IMG/VR virus record: IMGVR_UViG_3300023172_000011
Location: 1 to 64,000 of that record
DNA: 64,000 nt
Direction: 5' to 3' (one strand)
From: a virus
Within the stretch, counting starts at the first letter, position 1, and every line of letters starts with the position of its first letter. Under the pieces are notes generated by a model. That model did no database searches. It was given only the letters and a program-made list of their open reading frames with translations, and was not told where the DNA came from. The position numbers were made by a program, and so were the translations under genes. Of this stretch, positions 16,687-26,375 are shown piece by piece.

Positions 16687-17816
16687 TCAAAAAATTCCTT
16701 CATAACTCTACAAATTCTTTGAATGTTTTCTTCATTCATATATCTATGAGTACCAATATGCAGTCCATTGTTCCCACACCACACAGCATTATTATATCCC
16801 TGTGGTTCGGATAAAACGTCTTTTAATGATGCATGACTGCCACAAAAACCAAAATTTCTTTTCCAGTGAATGTTATTAGAGGTCATCAGTTTTTCTAGTT
16901 CTCTACATGATTTTTTAGAATCTGGCTTTACTGTAATGCTAAAACCATGAGGCATAACTTCCATATAATCAGGCTGACTACTAAACCAAGCTAAATCTGC
17001 ATATTGTTCAGAAAACTTTACAAGTTCAGTCCATATCGCTTTTCTTTCGGAAATATTTTGTTGAAATTCCTCAATAGCACCAAGAGCTAAAGATGCACAA
17101 AGGTCAGTTGTTTTAAAATTACTCCCAAATCTTATATGGTCAAAATACGCTGAATTAGGATGTCTGCCGTGAGATCTAATACTAATGAGCAGATCACGAA
17201 GATTTTCATCATCTGTATAAATACAAGAACCTTCACCGGCCTGAACAAGATGAGCCTGAAAAAATGAAGAACAACCTCCTATAGCATACTTATGGCTAAA
17301 CTCTCCATTTATTTTACTACCATAGTTCTCACATGCGTCTTCAAACAATACTAAGTCATATTTTTTAGCAATAGTTCTAATCGCATCCATCTCAGATGGC
17401 CTACCCATAGTGCCTACAGCATAGATCGCAACGACATCATCATCAACAGCATCCTCAATTAATTCCTCATTTATATTTAAAGTTTCCGGCTTGATGTCCA
17501 CCCATTTAGGAATCAATCCACCAGACACAATACCTGTAGTATTGGCTATAAAGGCTAAAGCTGGACATATTACTTTGCTTTTATTCCTAATAACAGGACG
17601 ATTACATATTTCGGGCAATGCCATAGTCATTGCAGCTATTGACGAAGTGCCGCTACTTGTTGCTACTGCGTATTTTGTTCCCATCAATTCAGCAAATTTT
17701 TCTTCAAGTAGTTTAGTTTTTGGACCCATCGAGGCCCAATTAGTATCTAAACAATCTTGAACATGCTTTTTTGCCGAATTGTTAATTCTCAATTCACCGA
17801 ATTCTATTCTTTTCAT
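16683..17816 (-). CDS. DegT/DnrJ family PLP enzyme, His-type (ColD/RfbH-like 3-dehydratase)
   Basis: ATSSGTSS, EDACE, SFFQAHLVQAGEG (His at the catalytic Lys position). Confidence 0.82.
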   Translation of the reverse strand: MKRIEFGELRINNSAKKHVQDCLDTNWASMGPKTKLLEEKFAELMGTKYAVATSSGTSSIAAMTMALPEICNRPVIRNKSKVICPALAFIANTTGIVSGGLIPKWVDIKPETLNINEELIEDAVDDDVVAIYAVGTMGRPSEMDAIRTIAKKYDLVLFEDACENYGSKINGEFSHKYAIGGCSSFFQAHLVQAGEGSCIYTDDENLRDLLISIRSHGRHPNSAYFDHIRFGSNFKTTDLCASLALGAIEEFQQNISERKAIWTELVKFSEQYADLAWFSSQPDYMEVMPHGFSITVKPDSKKSCRELEKLMTSNNIHWKRNFGFCGSHASLKDVLSEPQGYNNAVWCGNNGLHIGTHRYMNEENIQRICRVMKEFFE

Positions 17817-18702
17817 TTTTAATAAACCTTATAATTTTTTCTTTTGATGGAGGAAGATTGTCTAAGTGCTTTGCAAATCCTGAAGATCTTTCTTCCAGAC
17901 CCATAGTTGATACCTTAGCTGATGATTCTAGCATTAGTTTTTGAGCAAGTGTTGAAGCTATTCCATCTGGAAAATCATCATCGAGAACAAGTCCGCGACC
18001 AGCAATATCAAGTGCTCTCGCCCAATTCTTATTTACATCAAATGGCTTTAAAACTTTTTGATGATAAACAGCAACCTTAATACCTTCTTTGAATAATTCC
18101 CTAGAAGCTTCCATTGCTGCAAATCGGCAAATAGAAATAGGAAACAATACAAAGTCAGGTTCATAAAAGTCTACATCTTCAAGTTCCTCTGTATTATTAT
18201 ATGCCCCTCGATGTTCAGAAACATAAAAAACATCGTCATCTTTCATGAAATCCTGATAACATTGCTCGTATTCTCCGGGAGTCATTGGCGAGTAGATTTT
18301 AACACCGGGCATTCTATGATAAAGAGAATGATGGGAGCTACCAGCTACTGGACCAATTGCCCCCTCCATAGCAATACTCCTCACAAAAATTGGGCACGGA
18401 ATATTCCACATGTCCTTACTTTTACAGGCATAGTTTAATATACTAACGCAATTATACCAGTTAAAACCTTGATATCTTATGATATACATAGGTCTTCTTC
18501 CTGATAGACCAGCACCTGTAACAATTGCACCTCCTGCTACATCAGCCATAGAAAGTTCAACCATACCATCTTCTTCATACATTTCAGGTAGGGTTCCACC
18601 AACCCACCCAACGGCGGTTAGACACTGACCAAAAGCCAAACCTCCACCGTCTAGATGATTAGCTACGGTATTTTTTATAGTGTCTCTAAGCGTGATTGCC
18701 AT
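17794..18702 (-). CDS. TPP-dependent E1 beta/transketolase C-terminal-like subunit
   Basis: GPVAGSSH, PGVKIYSPMTP, SEHR motifs; paired with the alpha subunit. Confidence 0.8.
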   Translation of the reverse strand: MAITLRDTIKNTVANHLDGGGLAFGQCLTAVGWVGGTLPEMYEEDGMVELSMADVAGGAIVTGAGLSGRRPMYIIRYQGFNWYNCVSILNYACKSKDMWNIPCPIFVRSIAMEGAIGPVAGSSHHSLYHRMPGVKIYSPMTPGEYEQCYQDFMKDDDVFYVSEHRGAYNNTEELEDVDFYEPDFVLFPISICRFAAMEASRELFKEGIKVAVYHQKVLKPFDVNKNWARALDIAGRGLVLDDDFPDGIASTLAQKLMLESSAKVSTMGLEERSSGFAKHLDNLPPSKEKIIRFIKNEKNRIR

Positions 18703-19469
18703 AGTTTTTCAAACCTTTCAATGTCTTCCGATAAATCTTCATGCTTTAATAAATCTCTTGTTTCACCATCTGTTCCAGCACCTGCGTGCCAAAACATTCT
18801 GACGGTATTGATATTAAGTAATTTTGGAGCAGAAAAGTCCCATCCACCGAGGCAATTAAGTATGTCTGTAGGATTGTCAGTTATATTATAAGATTCAACG
18901 TTCATTGCTTGAGAGACATTACAAATATCCCAAGATCTTCTGATTTTCTTTTCTGTTAAAATGGAAAGGTTGTTGTCCTCAACCACAAACAGAATTGGAA
19001 GATTTTTTGTTGCTGCCCACCCGTATGCGGCTAGAGCATAGTCTTCCTCGCCTGCGGCATCCCCTACGAATACAACTGTGGGTTCGTTGGTGGCATAACA
19101 ATACCCAACTCCAATAGGAACATTGCTTCCCATCAACCCATCGTGACCAAACATCTTAATTTCTGGACTATGTATAGATGCGGAACCTCCCATACCTTTC
19201 GCACATCCAGTTTCCAAACCAAGAAGTTCATCAATAAGCTGTGTAGGATCTCCACCAAATGACAAATAAGTAGAATGACCTCTATGTTGACCAAAGATAG
19301 CGGGTGTAATTCCTCGATCTTGAAAATATGTACTAATAGTCGCCGGGATCATTTCTTGACCAGCGGATAAGTAGACAGGGATTTTAATATTGCCAGCTTG
19401 TATTTGACTAAATGTGACAACCTCAAATGCTCTACACATTTTCGCCTTGTTCATGATTTCATTTAGCAT
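18675..19469 (-). CDS. TPP-dependent dehydrogenase E1 alpha-like subunit
   Basis: YLSAGQE, HRGH, GMGGS, GDAA...EDNN TPP motif. Confidence 0.85.
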   Translation of the reverse strand: MLNEIMNKAKMCRAFEVVTFSQIQAGNIKIPVYLSAGQEMIPATISTYFQDRGITPAIFGQHRGHSTYLSFGGDPTQLIDELLGLETGCAKGMGGSASIHSPEIKMFGHDGLMGSNVPIGVGYCYATNEPTVVFVGDAAGEEDYALAAYGWAATKNLPILFVVEDNNLSILTEKKIRRSWDICNVSQAMNVESYNITDNPTDILNCLGGWDFSAPKLLNINTVRMFWHAGAGTDGETRDLLKHEDLSEDIERFEKLWQSRLETL

Positions 19470-20062
19470 GTTATAGCCAACCCCTCTATTTTCTCAGAGA
19501 TTTCGAATTTTTCAAGCAACCGCTTCATGTTATCATAGCTAATAATATCTCCGGGTCCAGCGACACTATTACCTTCATAAGAGATAGATCCATTTGTTAT
19601 CATGAAGTTATCAAAGTCCAGTTTTTTATTTAGTTCCGCAAACCAGACATAAGACACGCCTACAAAATCACCTTTCATATCCAGAGGTGTTACATCCACA
19701 CCTTCCTCTCCCATTTTAATAGATCCCGCCCTGCCATAAGAATCCTCTAGTCTCACAATATCTTCTTTGTCTACTGGAGTTTCTATTTCAAGAAGTTGTA
19801 GTAAGTGAGGGGTCATTGACTTTGTCTGATGAAACACACCATGACGAATCATGATTTTTTCACCATGAAACAACTTGTGATCACTACCAAGAAAAGAAAC
19901 CTTGGCAGCACCGTCTAAAACAACAAGACCAGTCTTCTTATTCGGATGGCTATGCAGAGATGTGTTTTGATAAGAATTAATAAACAAGTGCCATATAGCG
20001 ACATCGTCATTCTTATACAAAAGATACTCATAACCCCAAGGTTTTTTTACAGATTCAACCAT
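19463..20062 (-). CDS. Cupin (mannose-6-phosphate isomerase-like)
   Basis: KPWGYE, TSLHSHPNK, EIETP..K.DIVRLED.YGR. Confidence 0.8.
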   Translation of the reverse strand: MVESVKKPWGYEYLLYKNDDVAIWHLFINSYQNTSLHSHPNKKTGLVVLDGAAKVSFLGSDHKLFHGEKIMIRHGVFHQTKSMTPHLLQLLEIETPVDKEDIVRLEDSYGRAGSIKMGEEGVDVTPLDMKGDFVGVSYVWFAELNKKLDFDNFMITNGSISYEGNSVAGPGDIISYDNMKRLLEKFEISEKIEGLAITC

Positions 20063-20585
20063 TGAATTTTTCCATTGCTACTCGCATCCATTCACCCATA
20101 TCATCATAGTGGGCACATGACACAAGATTACCGTCTTCAACAACACCCCTTGAATACTCAGCACCAGCATTACGAATGTCTGGCTCAATTGAGTAATATC
20201 CTGAGCATTTTCTATCACGAAGAACATCTGCTGTTATTAAAAGCTGACCTCCATTACAAATACACATCGTAGGTTTGTCAAGCTCAAACCACCTCTTAAC
20301 GAAATTTACAGCATTAGGCTCAAGACGTAACTTCTCAAGTGCTTTGACACCTCCGGGAATACAAAGCAAATCATAAGATTCTACATCAGAAACAAGCAAA
20401 TCACTTGTAGTATAGTCTGAAACTACATGAGCACCCAAAATACCGAATATTCTTTCCTTTGTCCCATTAGCACAAACTTCTACATGATACCCATGCTCCT
20501 GTAAAGCATAAAATGGATATATGACTTCATGATCTTGAAATTTTTCAAACGTTAAAATTAATGCTTTTTTAGTTGTGTTACTCAT
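20055..20585 (-). CDS. DJ-1/PfpI family protein
   Basis: FQDHEVIYP, IPGG, CICNG. Confidence 0.85.
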   Translation of the reverse strand: MSNTTKKALILTFEKFQDHEVIYPFYALQEHGYHVEVCANGTKERIFGILGAHVVSDYTTSDLLVSDVESYDLLCIPGGVKALEKLRLEPNAVNFVKRWFELDKPTMCICNGGQLLITADVLRDRKCSGYYSIEPDIRNAGAEYSRGVVEDGNLVSCAHYDDMGEWMRVAMEKFNG

Positions 20586-22057
20586 TGCAGGATCTTTCTT
20601 TGTAATTTAATACTGGTCATTCTATGGATATTTTTACAGGCTTCTTCACCGTATTTATTTCTCATTCTATTCAGCACACCCGGATTCGTAAAATATGCGT
20701 CAAAGAAATAATCTCGAAACGCTAATACTTCTGCCGAGGTGAGAAATTCAGTACTATCTGGTATATGATTATAGCTTAGAAATCCAAACTCGCTATACTT
20801 TTCTGGCAAATATCTACCCTCTTTCTTAGCATTGAGATAAAGAGGACTTCCGGGTAATGCGGTAGAACAATACACGTTCATATTAGCTAAATCAAGTTCA
20901 AACGCAAGATTCATAGTTTGTTGCATAGTTTCATAATTATCTGTTGGCAGTCCAACAATGAAATTACCTCCCACACCAATATCATGTTTTACAATTTCAT
21001 CAACAACTTCTCTAATGTTGACCTCTTTGAATCTACCCTTATCAATTTCTTGTCGAACGGTTTGATTGGCAGATTCAATTCCTAAAGCTAAATGACGAAC
21101 GCCTGCTTTTCTAAGGGTCTCAAGATATTTAGGTTTTGCTGTGTCTACTCTACTATATGCCCAAATATTAAAATCTAATCCACGATCAATGATTAATTCA
21201 CATAAAGTCATGAAATGCTTGGGACGATAGACAAACATTTCGTCGGCAATCTTAAGATGCTTAACACCCTTATCCGCTAGATACTCCAGTTGCTTTATCG
21301 TAAATTCTGGAGACCAGTATCTGAATACATTGAAGGAATCAGAAGCTAAATTAAAGTCATTAGAAGTTCGATTGATTGAGTTAATCATACAAAACGAACA
21401 TTTAGCAAAACACCCCAAACTTGTATAAATACTTGCAAAGGGAGATGTATTACCTTTAAAGTTAGTATGCCAAGTGCTAGTTCTATAGTTGTCCAGACAT
21501 GGCATTAAGTCATAAGCTACGCCGGGAAGGTCTTGCTCTAATAGATCTTGAGGAACAATTCTTTCTGGTGGATTGAGTTTTATTTCTCCATTATCTCTAT
21601 AGGCTATTCCATTAACCCCGCTGATGTCTTTCAGATCTGTTTTTAAAAGATTCTTAAGAGCATAAACACCTTCGTTAGTAAATGCAATGTCTATTTCTGG
21701 GTGCTTCTCAAGAGTCTCTAGAGGTAGAGAATTTACGTGCGGTCCTACAAAAGCAATCTTTCTGTGGGCAATAATATTTGAGGCATAGGTTGCACCTTCC
21801 ATAGCAGCAGTGGATGCGTTGGGGTTTTGCCCCGTCACCACAAACAATACAAGATCAGGATCAATTTGATCCACATCATCAATGAATTTAGACTCAGAAG
21901 GTCTTGTTATCTCCATGTCATATATCAGAACATTATGTTCTTTTCTAACAGCATTGGCTAAAAGTCCCGCCCAAATATTTGGTTCTCTAGCAGCAAAGTC
22001 AGTTTTAAGATCTTGATACAACCCGGCTGAGCTGGGACATACAATCAATAAATTCAT
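20582..22057 (-). CDS. B12-binding radical SAM enzyme
   Basis: TSLGCFAKCSFC (CxxxCxxC), N-terminal cobalamin-binding-like domain, GIES, IVGLP.D, PGSPLY. Confidence 0.88.
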   Translation of the reverse strand: MNLLIVCPSSAGLYQDLKTDFAAREPNIWAGLLANAVRKEHNVLIYDMEITRPSESKFIDDVDQIDPDLVLFVVTGQNPNASTAAMEGATYASNIIAHRKIAFVGPHVNSLPLETLEKHPEIDIAFTNEGVYALKNLLKTDLKDISGVNGIAYRDNGEIKLNPPERIVPQDLLEQDLPGVAYDLMPCLDNYRTSTWHTNFKGNTSPFASIYTSLGCFAKCSFCMINSINRTSNDFNLASDSFNVFRYWSPEFTIKQLEYLADKGVKHLKIADEMFVYRPKHFMTLCELIIDRGLDFNIWAYSRVDTAKPKYLETLRKAGVRHLALGIESANQTVRQEIDKGRFKEVNIREVVDEIVKHDIGVGGNFIVGLPTDNYETMQQTMNLAFELDLANMNVYCSTALPGSPLYLNAKKEGRYLPEKYSEFGFLSYNHIPDSTEFLTSAEVLAFRDYFFDAYFTNPGVLNRMRNKYGEEACKNIHRMTSIKLQRKILQ

Positions 22058-22554
22058 GAGAATATACCTTCTTCTTTTTGCGACAAAAAGTCTCGTGCCG
22101 TAGCATCTCTATGAGACAAAATCACATAGTTAGTATCACACCATTCAGCATCTATAGTTGGATCATCGTATTTTACAGTCCATTGATCTTTTGGAGAAGT
22201 ATAATACTCACTCCATTTATAGCTCATTATACATTGATCTGATAGACATTGATGAGCATTTAACTGTCCGGGTTCAACAAGAATAGAATCAACTTCTTTA
22301 TTATTGGCATCCAGTAAATACCGGGTGGTTTTTTCTGTTTCTATATCAAAAGTCACAAACTGCATTATTCCGTAAATACAGGTAACTAATTTATAGGTTT
22401 TATCATCTCCATGAAATCCACGAATTGTTCCGTATCTAGATTGAGATATTTTATCTTGAACAAACTGAATATCATAATCGTAATCTGCAAATGTGGTGTA
22501 AAGAGAACCTCTATTGTCTATGTGTTTGATTTCTGTTATTATTTTTGTTGACAT
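22054..22554 (-). CDS. rmlC: dTDP-4-dehydrorhamnose 3,5-epimerase-like cupin
   Basis: DNRG, FVQDKISQS..GTIRGFHGD, KLVTC..G, YK. Confidence 0.8.
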   Translation of the reverse strand: MSTKIITEIKHIDNRGSLYTTFADYDYDIQFVQDKISQSRYGTIRGFHGDDKTYKLVTCIYGIMQFVTFDIETEKTTRYLLDANNKEVDSILVEPGQLNAHQCLSDQCIMSYKWSEYYTSPKDQWTVKYDDPTIDAEWCDTNYVILSHRDATARDFLSQKEEGIFS

Positions 22555-22580
22555 TGTAAACTCCAAGCTTGTTATTAGAG

Positions 22581-23234
22581 CTAAGATATATTATTAATAA
22601 ATTCATTTATCTTCATTATATCACGATTCAAACATCTATTATCATATCTATTATAATGGCCTACTTGGCTACAAGACATTCCATAGTCAAATATAGATAT
22701 TGGAACATCTTCATACTCAGCTAGGTTGGAGTTGAATATGATTTTTGAAAAAGCTATATCAGCACCCGGACCAGATACTTCCGAAGGCATATAAAAACCT
22801 AAAGCATTAAAAAGAATTCTACTTATTAAAGGGTAACAAGCAAACCTATGTTTTAAATGATCTTCCCAGTCAGCTTTAGCATTTCCAATAGCCCAATTTT
22901 CACTACATATTCCATAAAATAACTTGTGTTTATGTTTGAGTAAAAGACTTTGATAATCACCAGCATCTACAACTTCTACATCATCATTTAATGATAGTAT
23001 AAAATCTCCATTACATTCTTTTGCTATCGGATTTATGTATCCTGAATGTCTATTCTTTTGTCTTGAGAATTCAAAGATATTTGCATTATGAGATAGTGCT
23101 ATTTTTTTAGTATTATCATCATCTGAATCATATCCTACGCAAATTTCAACATCTGTCAAATATTCCTTTATAGAAGTGAGGCATCTATCAAAGCTATCAT
23201 GCCTATCTCTACTAACAATTATTACAGATAACAT
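22581..23234 (-). CDS. Glycosyltransferase family 2
   Basis: LSVIIVSRDR, LNDD motif. Confidence 0.7.
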   Translation of the reverse strand: MLSVIIVSRDRHDSFDRCLTSIKEYLTDVEICVGYDSDDDNTKKIALSHNANIFEFSRQKNRHSGYINPIAKECNGDFILSLNDDVEVVDAGDYQSLLLKHKHKLFYGICSENWAIGNAKADWEDHLKHRFACYPLISRILFNALGFYMPSEVSGPGADIAFSKIIFNSNLAEYEDVPISIFDYGMSCSQVGHYNRYDNRCLNRDIMKINEFINNIS

Positions 23235-23266
23235 ATTATATCTCTTTTTTAATCGTGAAGTTGGTG

Positions 23267-24187
23267 CTATATAGACTCATAATTTATATCATTGTAATCT
23301 AACTCTGTTTTATTTGAGTAAAAATATTTCTTTATATTATCAATCAATTCCTGCTTGTATTTTGGCTTACCTTTATCGTAAGCGTCTTGATTATGCACCA
23401 TTATATTTCCACATTCTTCATAACCCAAACCGCAAGAAATACAATTTGCATCTGTTATAAAATCCAAGGCATTTCTATTATATAGTAAATTATTCCAAGG
23501 GTTTCTGTAAACAGGTGAGAAATGAGGTTGGCTAGATGAAGGTCCATCAACCGCTTTATTATGGTGTGCCATTACATCCTTGACAATTACCCATTCTTTT
23601 TCGACACATGCATTTAAAAATGAAAATGTACTTTCTGTACAATACGCAGCAAAAACATCTGGTATTATCAAGCCAAAGGTATCAAGTATATCACGACTAA
23701 AAATTTGTGAATGTAAATTTATTCCTTTACCTAAAGGAATCTTAAAATCTTGATTTACAATCTGAGCCGTACTAGAGTTTTGTTTAAAGCCAAGAGGTTC
23801 AAACCCAGTATCTATATCTACTTGTAGAGAAACCATTGAGTTTGTAGACATACGTTCTTGCATCTGACTCAAAGATGTTTTATCTGTAAGTTCCACCCCG
23901 GAGTCTAAAAAGAAAAATCCATCATATTTGTTGTCTAAATCTTTTATTAATACCGTCTTATTAAAAGTTACATTTACAATGTATCTTTCTGGATAATGTA
24001 TTATTCCTAGTGATTCTCCAAATCTACTTTTTAATGTTTCAAGACATGGTCGTGAATTCATACATGAAGATACTACTATGTCCGTTTCATAATCTTGATT
24101 AAATATACTTTCTATACATCTGGAATACCATTCTGTACGATCTTGATTTATACCACAGGTGTTATATACGGTTAATATTTTATTCAC
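23267..24187 (-). CDS. Putative GT-A fold glycosyltransferase
   Basis: CIESIFNQDY..DIVVS, FFLDSG; operon context. Confidence 0.55.
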   Translation of the reverse strand: MNKILTVYNTCGINQDRTEWYSRCIESIFNQDYETDIVVSSCMNSRPCLETLKSRFGESLGIIHYPERYIVNVTFNKTVLIKDLDNKYDGFFFLDSGVELTDKTSLSQMQERMSTNSMVSLQVDIDTGFEPLGFKQNSSTAQIVNQDFKIPLGKGINLHSQIFSRDILDTFGLIIPDVFAAYCTESTFSFLNACVEKEWVIVKDVMAHHNKAVDGPSSSQPHFSPVYRNPWNNLLYNRNALDFITDANCISCGLGYEECGNIMVHNQDAYDKGKPKYKQELIDNIKKYFYSNKTELDYNDINYESI

Positions 24188-24798
24188 TTTGTTTTCTCCA
24201 AACAGGAAAAGTAAATACCTTCATGATATCCATCCCCTGCGGGCATGGTGTATTCACACAAGATGTTTAATTTTAAGTCTACTATAGATGATTGTACAGC
24301 ATCAATAACTTCTGGTGACTTTTCTTTATCATAATCATCGACTATGTATATAAACTGGTCTTCCATGTTATGTATATACTTTGTTAGAGCATTGTATTGA
24401 TCCTGCCAACCGTGAGGTCCATCAAAGGTGTATACATTAAATTTTTCATCACCAAGTAAGTTTTCTACCCAGCAGTCACTGTCGATAATTTTTACATCAT
24501 TGGTTTCAATAATCGGTCCTATCCTAGACCAAAATGCTAATTTAGATTCACCATTATGCCAGTTTTGTGACCAATCATCTATACCCACTGCACGAATATT
24601 GTTTTGAAATAAAGCTGATGAAAAAATCCCGCCACGATATAAACCTATCTCAAGATACTTTATACCTTTGTTTGAACATATATTATTTACTATATTTCTA
24701 ATATAATGTCCAGTCAAATCATCGTTATTCTTCCTTCCTCCATCTATTAGTTTAGATGATGACTGATCGACAATCGCATTATCTAGTATTTTTTTCAT
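24184..24798 (-). CDS. Class I SAM-dependent methyltransferase
   Basis: YLEIGLYRG, GIDDW, FDGPH, IVDD. Confidence 0.8.
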   Translation of the reverse strand: MKKILDNAIVDQSSSKLIDGGRKNNDDLTGHYIRNIVNNICSNKGIKYLEIGLYRGGIFSSALFQNNIRAVGIDDWSQNWHNGESKLAFWSRIGPIIETNDVKIIDSDCWVENLLGDEKFNVYTFDGPHGWQDQYNALTKYIHNMEDQFIYIVDDYDKEKSPEVIDAVQSSIVDLKLNILCEYTMPAGDGYHEGIYFSCLEKTK

Positions 24799-25693
24799 AT
24801 CTTTTAAACCAGTCTAAAAACATTTGAGTCGGATCATAAAAGTAATTTCTTACATATGTATTAAAAAATTCTCTAGCATTATTCGAGTATTCTTTTATTT
24901 CATCATTAGTCATATTCATTATAGAGTCAAAAAAGATTTCATGGTTTTGTTTAAAATCATACTGAAAATAAAACTTTTTAGGAAACTCATAACCAAAACA
25001 GACGTTGTCGGACACAACTATTGGTATCCTGCCATGAAAACAAGATTCTAAAAATCTAACTGAGTCAACACCTGAACCGCGAGGACATAATGAAAATGTT
25101 CCAGATAATATAGTTTCGTTAAATATTCTGTGATGTGTTTTATCATTTGATGATCCTAACCATCTGTTATTTAATGTAATATTTGTATGATTTGGAAATC
25201 TTTTTTCTAATACACTTTTTAAAGATAGTCTTATATTGAATGGATCGTTCAATCCTATGAAAGAGAATTTTTTGTTATAATTTACATCGTTAGTAGTTTT
25301 TTTCTTTAACAAATTCATGAGATTTTTAGAAAAGGTTGGTCTTATAAACATCCTATCTAAATGAGGTTTGTAAGCATCTTTTAGACCATTGATCGTAAAA
25401 ATACTTTTTTTAATATCTTCAGGAGCTAAGTCTTTATTAAGCCAATCTCCTTCTATATCACAAACATGTTTATTTGGATATTTTTGCAAAAATTTATACT
25501 GATTAAATTTTGGAATTTGCCCTTCAGAAAATTGACCCATATAAAATATGTCTGCATTGTCTGGACAGGTTGTTACATCAAAATGCTTTTTTATCCCTAT
25601 ATTGCTTAATGGTACAGTGTTTTCATACACTGGGTCTTGATCATGAGCATGTGGCTTAGCATCGTCATATATAAATATCTTATATTTTTTCAT
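24779..25693 (-). CDS. Exostosin (GT47)-like glycosyltransferase
   Basis: FSLCPRGSG..SVRFLES...GRIPIVVSD. Confidence 0.8.
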   Translation of the reverse strand: MKKYKIFIYDDAKPHAHDQDPVYENTVPLSNIGIKKHFDVTTCPDNADIFYMGQFSEGQIPKFNQYKFLQKYPNKHVCDIEGDWLNKDLAPEDIKKSIFTINGLKDAYKPHLDRMFIRPTFSKNLMNLLKKKTTNDVNYNKKFSFIGLNDPFNIRLSLKSVLEKRFPNHTNITLNNRWLGSSNDKTHHRIFNETILSGTFSLCPRGSGVDSVRFLESCFHGRIPIVVSDNVCFGYEFPKKFYFQYDFKQNHEIFFDSIMNMTNDEIKEYSNNAREFFNTYVRNYFYDPTQMFLDWFKRYEKNTR

Positions 25694-26375
25694 TCATAAA
25701 GTCCTTGAGTTTTTGAATGTCATCTAACTGCATTTGATGTGACTGCCTGAATATATTAGCGTTATTGGTAGATAATCTTCTAGCATGACCCTCTTTTGCC
25801 GTTACATCAAAATCACTTTTACCAAATGTCCAATGCATATGTTCGATTAGAATATTGGGAAGATAGATACATCTTTCTACACCCTTAGCTACATTCATTA
25901 CATAATTATCGGAATAATCAACATTAAATATAGGTGGTGAAATATATCCTAGAGTATTAAACCAGTTCTTATGAAAGAAGCCGTGAGTTCCTAGATTTTC
26001 ACCATGATGTCCATCATTAGGATAAACAAATCCTATTTTGTCGTCTAGCTTGTTAAACTCCTCAATAACTGCTGTATCCCAACCATTCGTTCTAAAAATA
26101 ACATCGTCAGCACAACCCATCAATATGTCATGAGTACATCCATTGCAACATATATTATGTAAATTGCTATATATTTCAGGTTTATCCGGATTTGATATAA
26201 TAACTAATGCTTCGGGCAGGTTAGATTCAAGAAACTTATGAGTTGCCTCATCATCATGATCGACGTATATAACCAACTCCAAACAATCTGGATTGTCTGC
26301 GGTATCCAAGGCGGACTGCCACATTCGACTTAGACCGGCTGTTCTGTTTCTAGTTGGACAAAGTATTGAAATCAT
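25680..26375 (-). CDS. Glycosyltransferase family 2
   Basis: ISILCPTRNR, YVDHDD, CADDV, YSD, IEHMH. Confidence 0.8.
   Translation of the reverse strand: MISILCPTRNRTAGLSRMWQSALDTADNPDCLELVIYVDHDDEATHKFLESNLPEALVIISNPDKPEIYSNLHNICCNGCTHDILMGCADDVIFRTNGWDTAVIEEFNKLDDKIGFVYPNDGHHGENLGTHGFFHKNWFNTLGYISPPIFNVDYSDNYVMNVAKGVERCIYLPNILIEHMHWTFGKSDFDVTAKEGHARRLSTNNANIFRQSHQMQLDDIQKLKDFMNEKI

Noticed and set aside
17794-19469. Pyruvate dehydrogenase as a central-carbon AMG
   Set aside because: No E2/E3 in the window, short subunits, and embedding in a sugar-nucleotide operon favour sugar tailoring.
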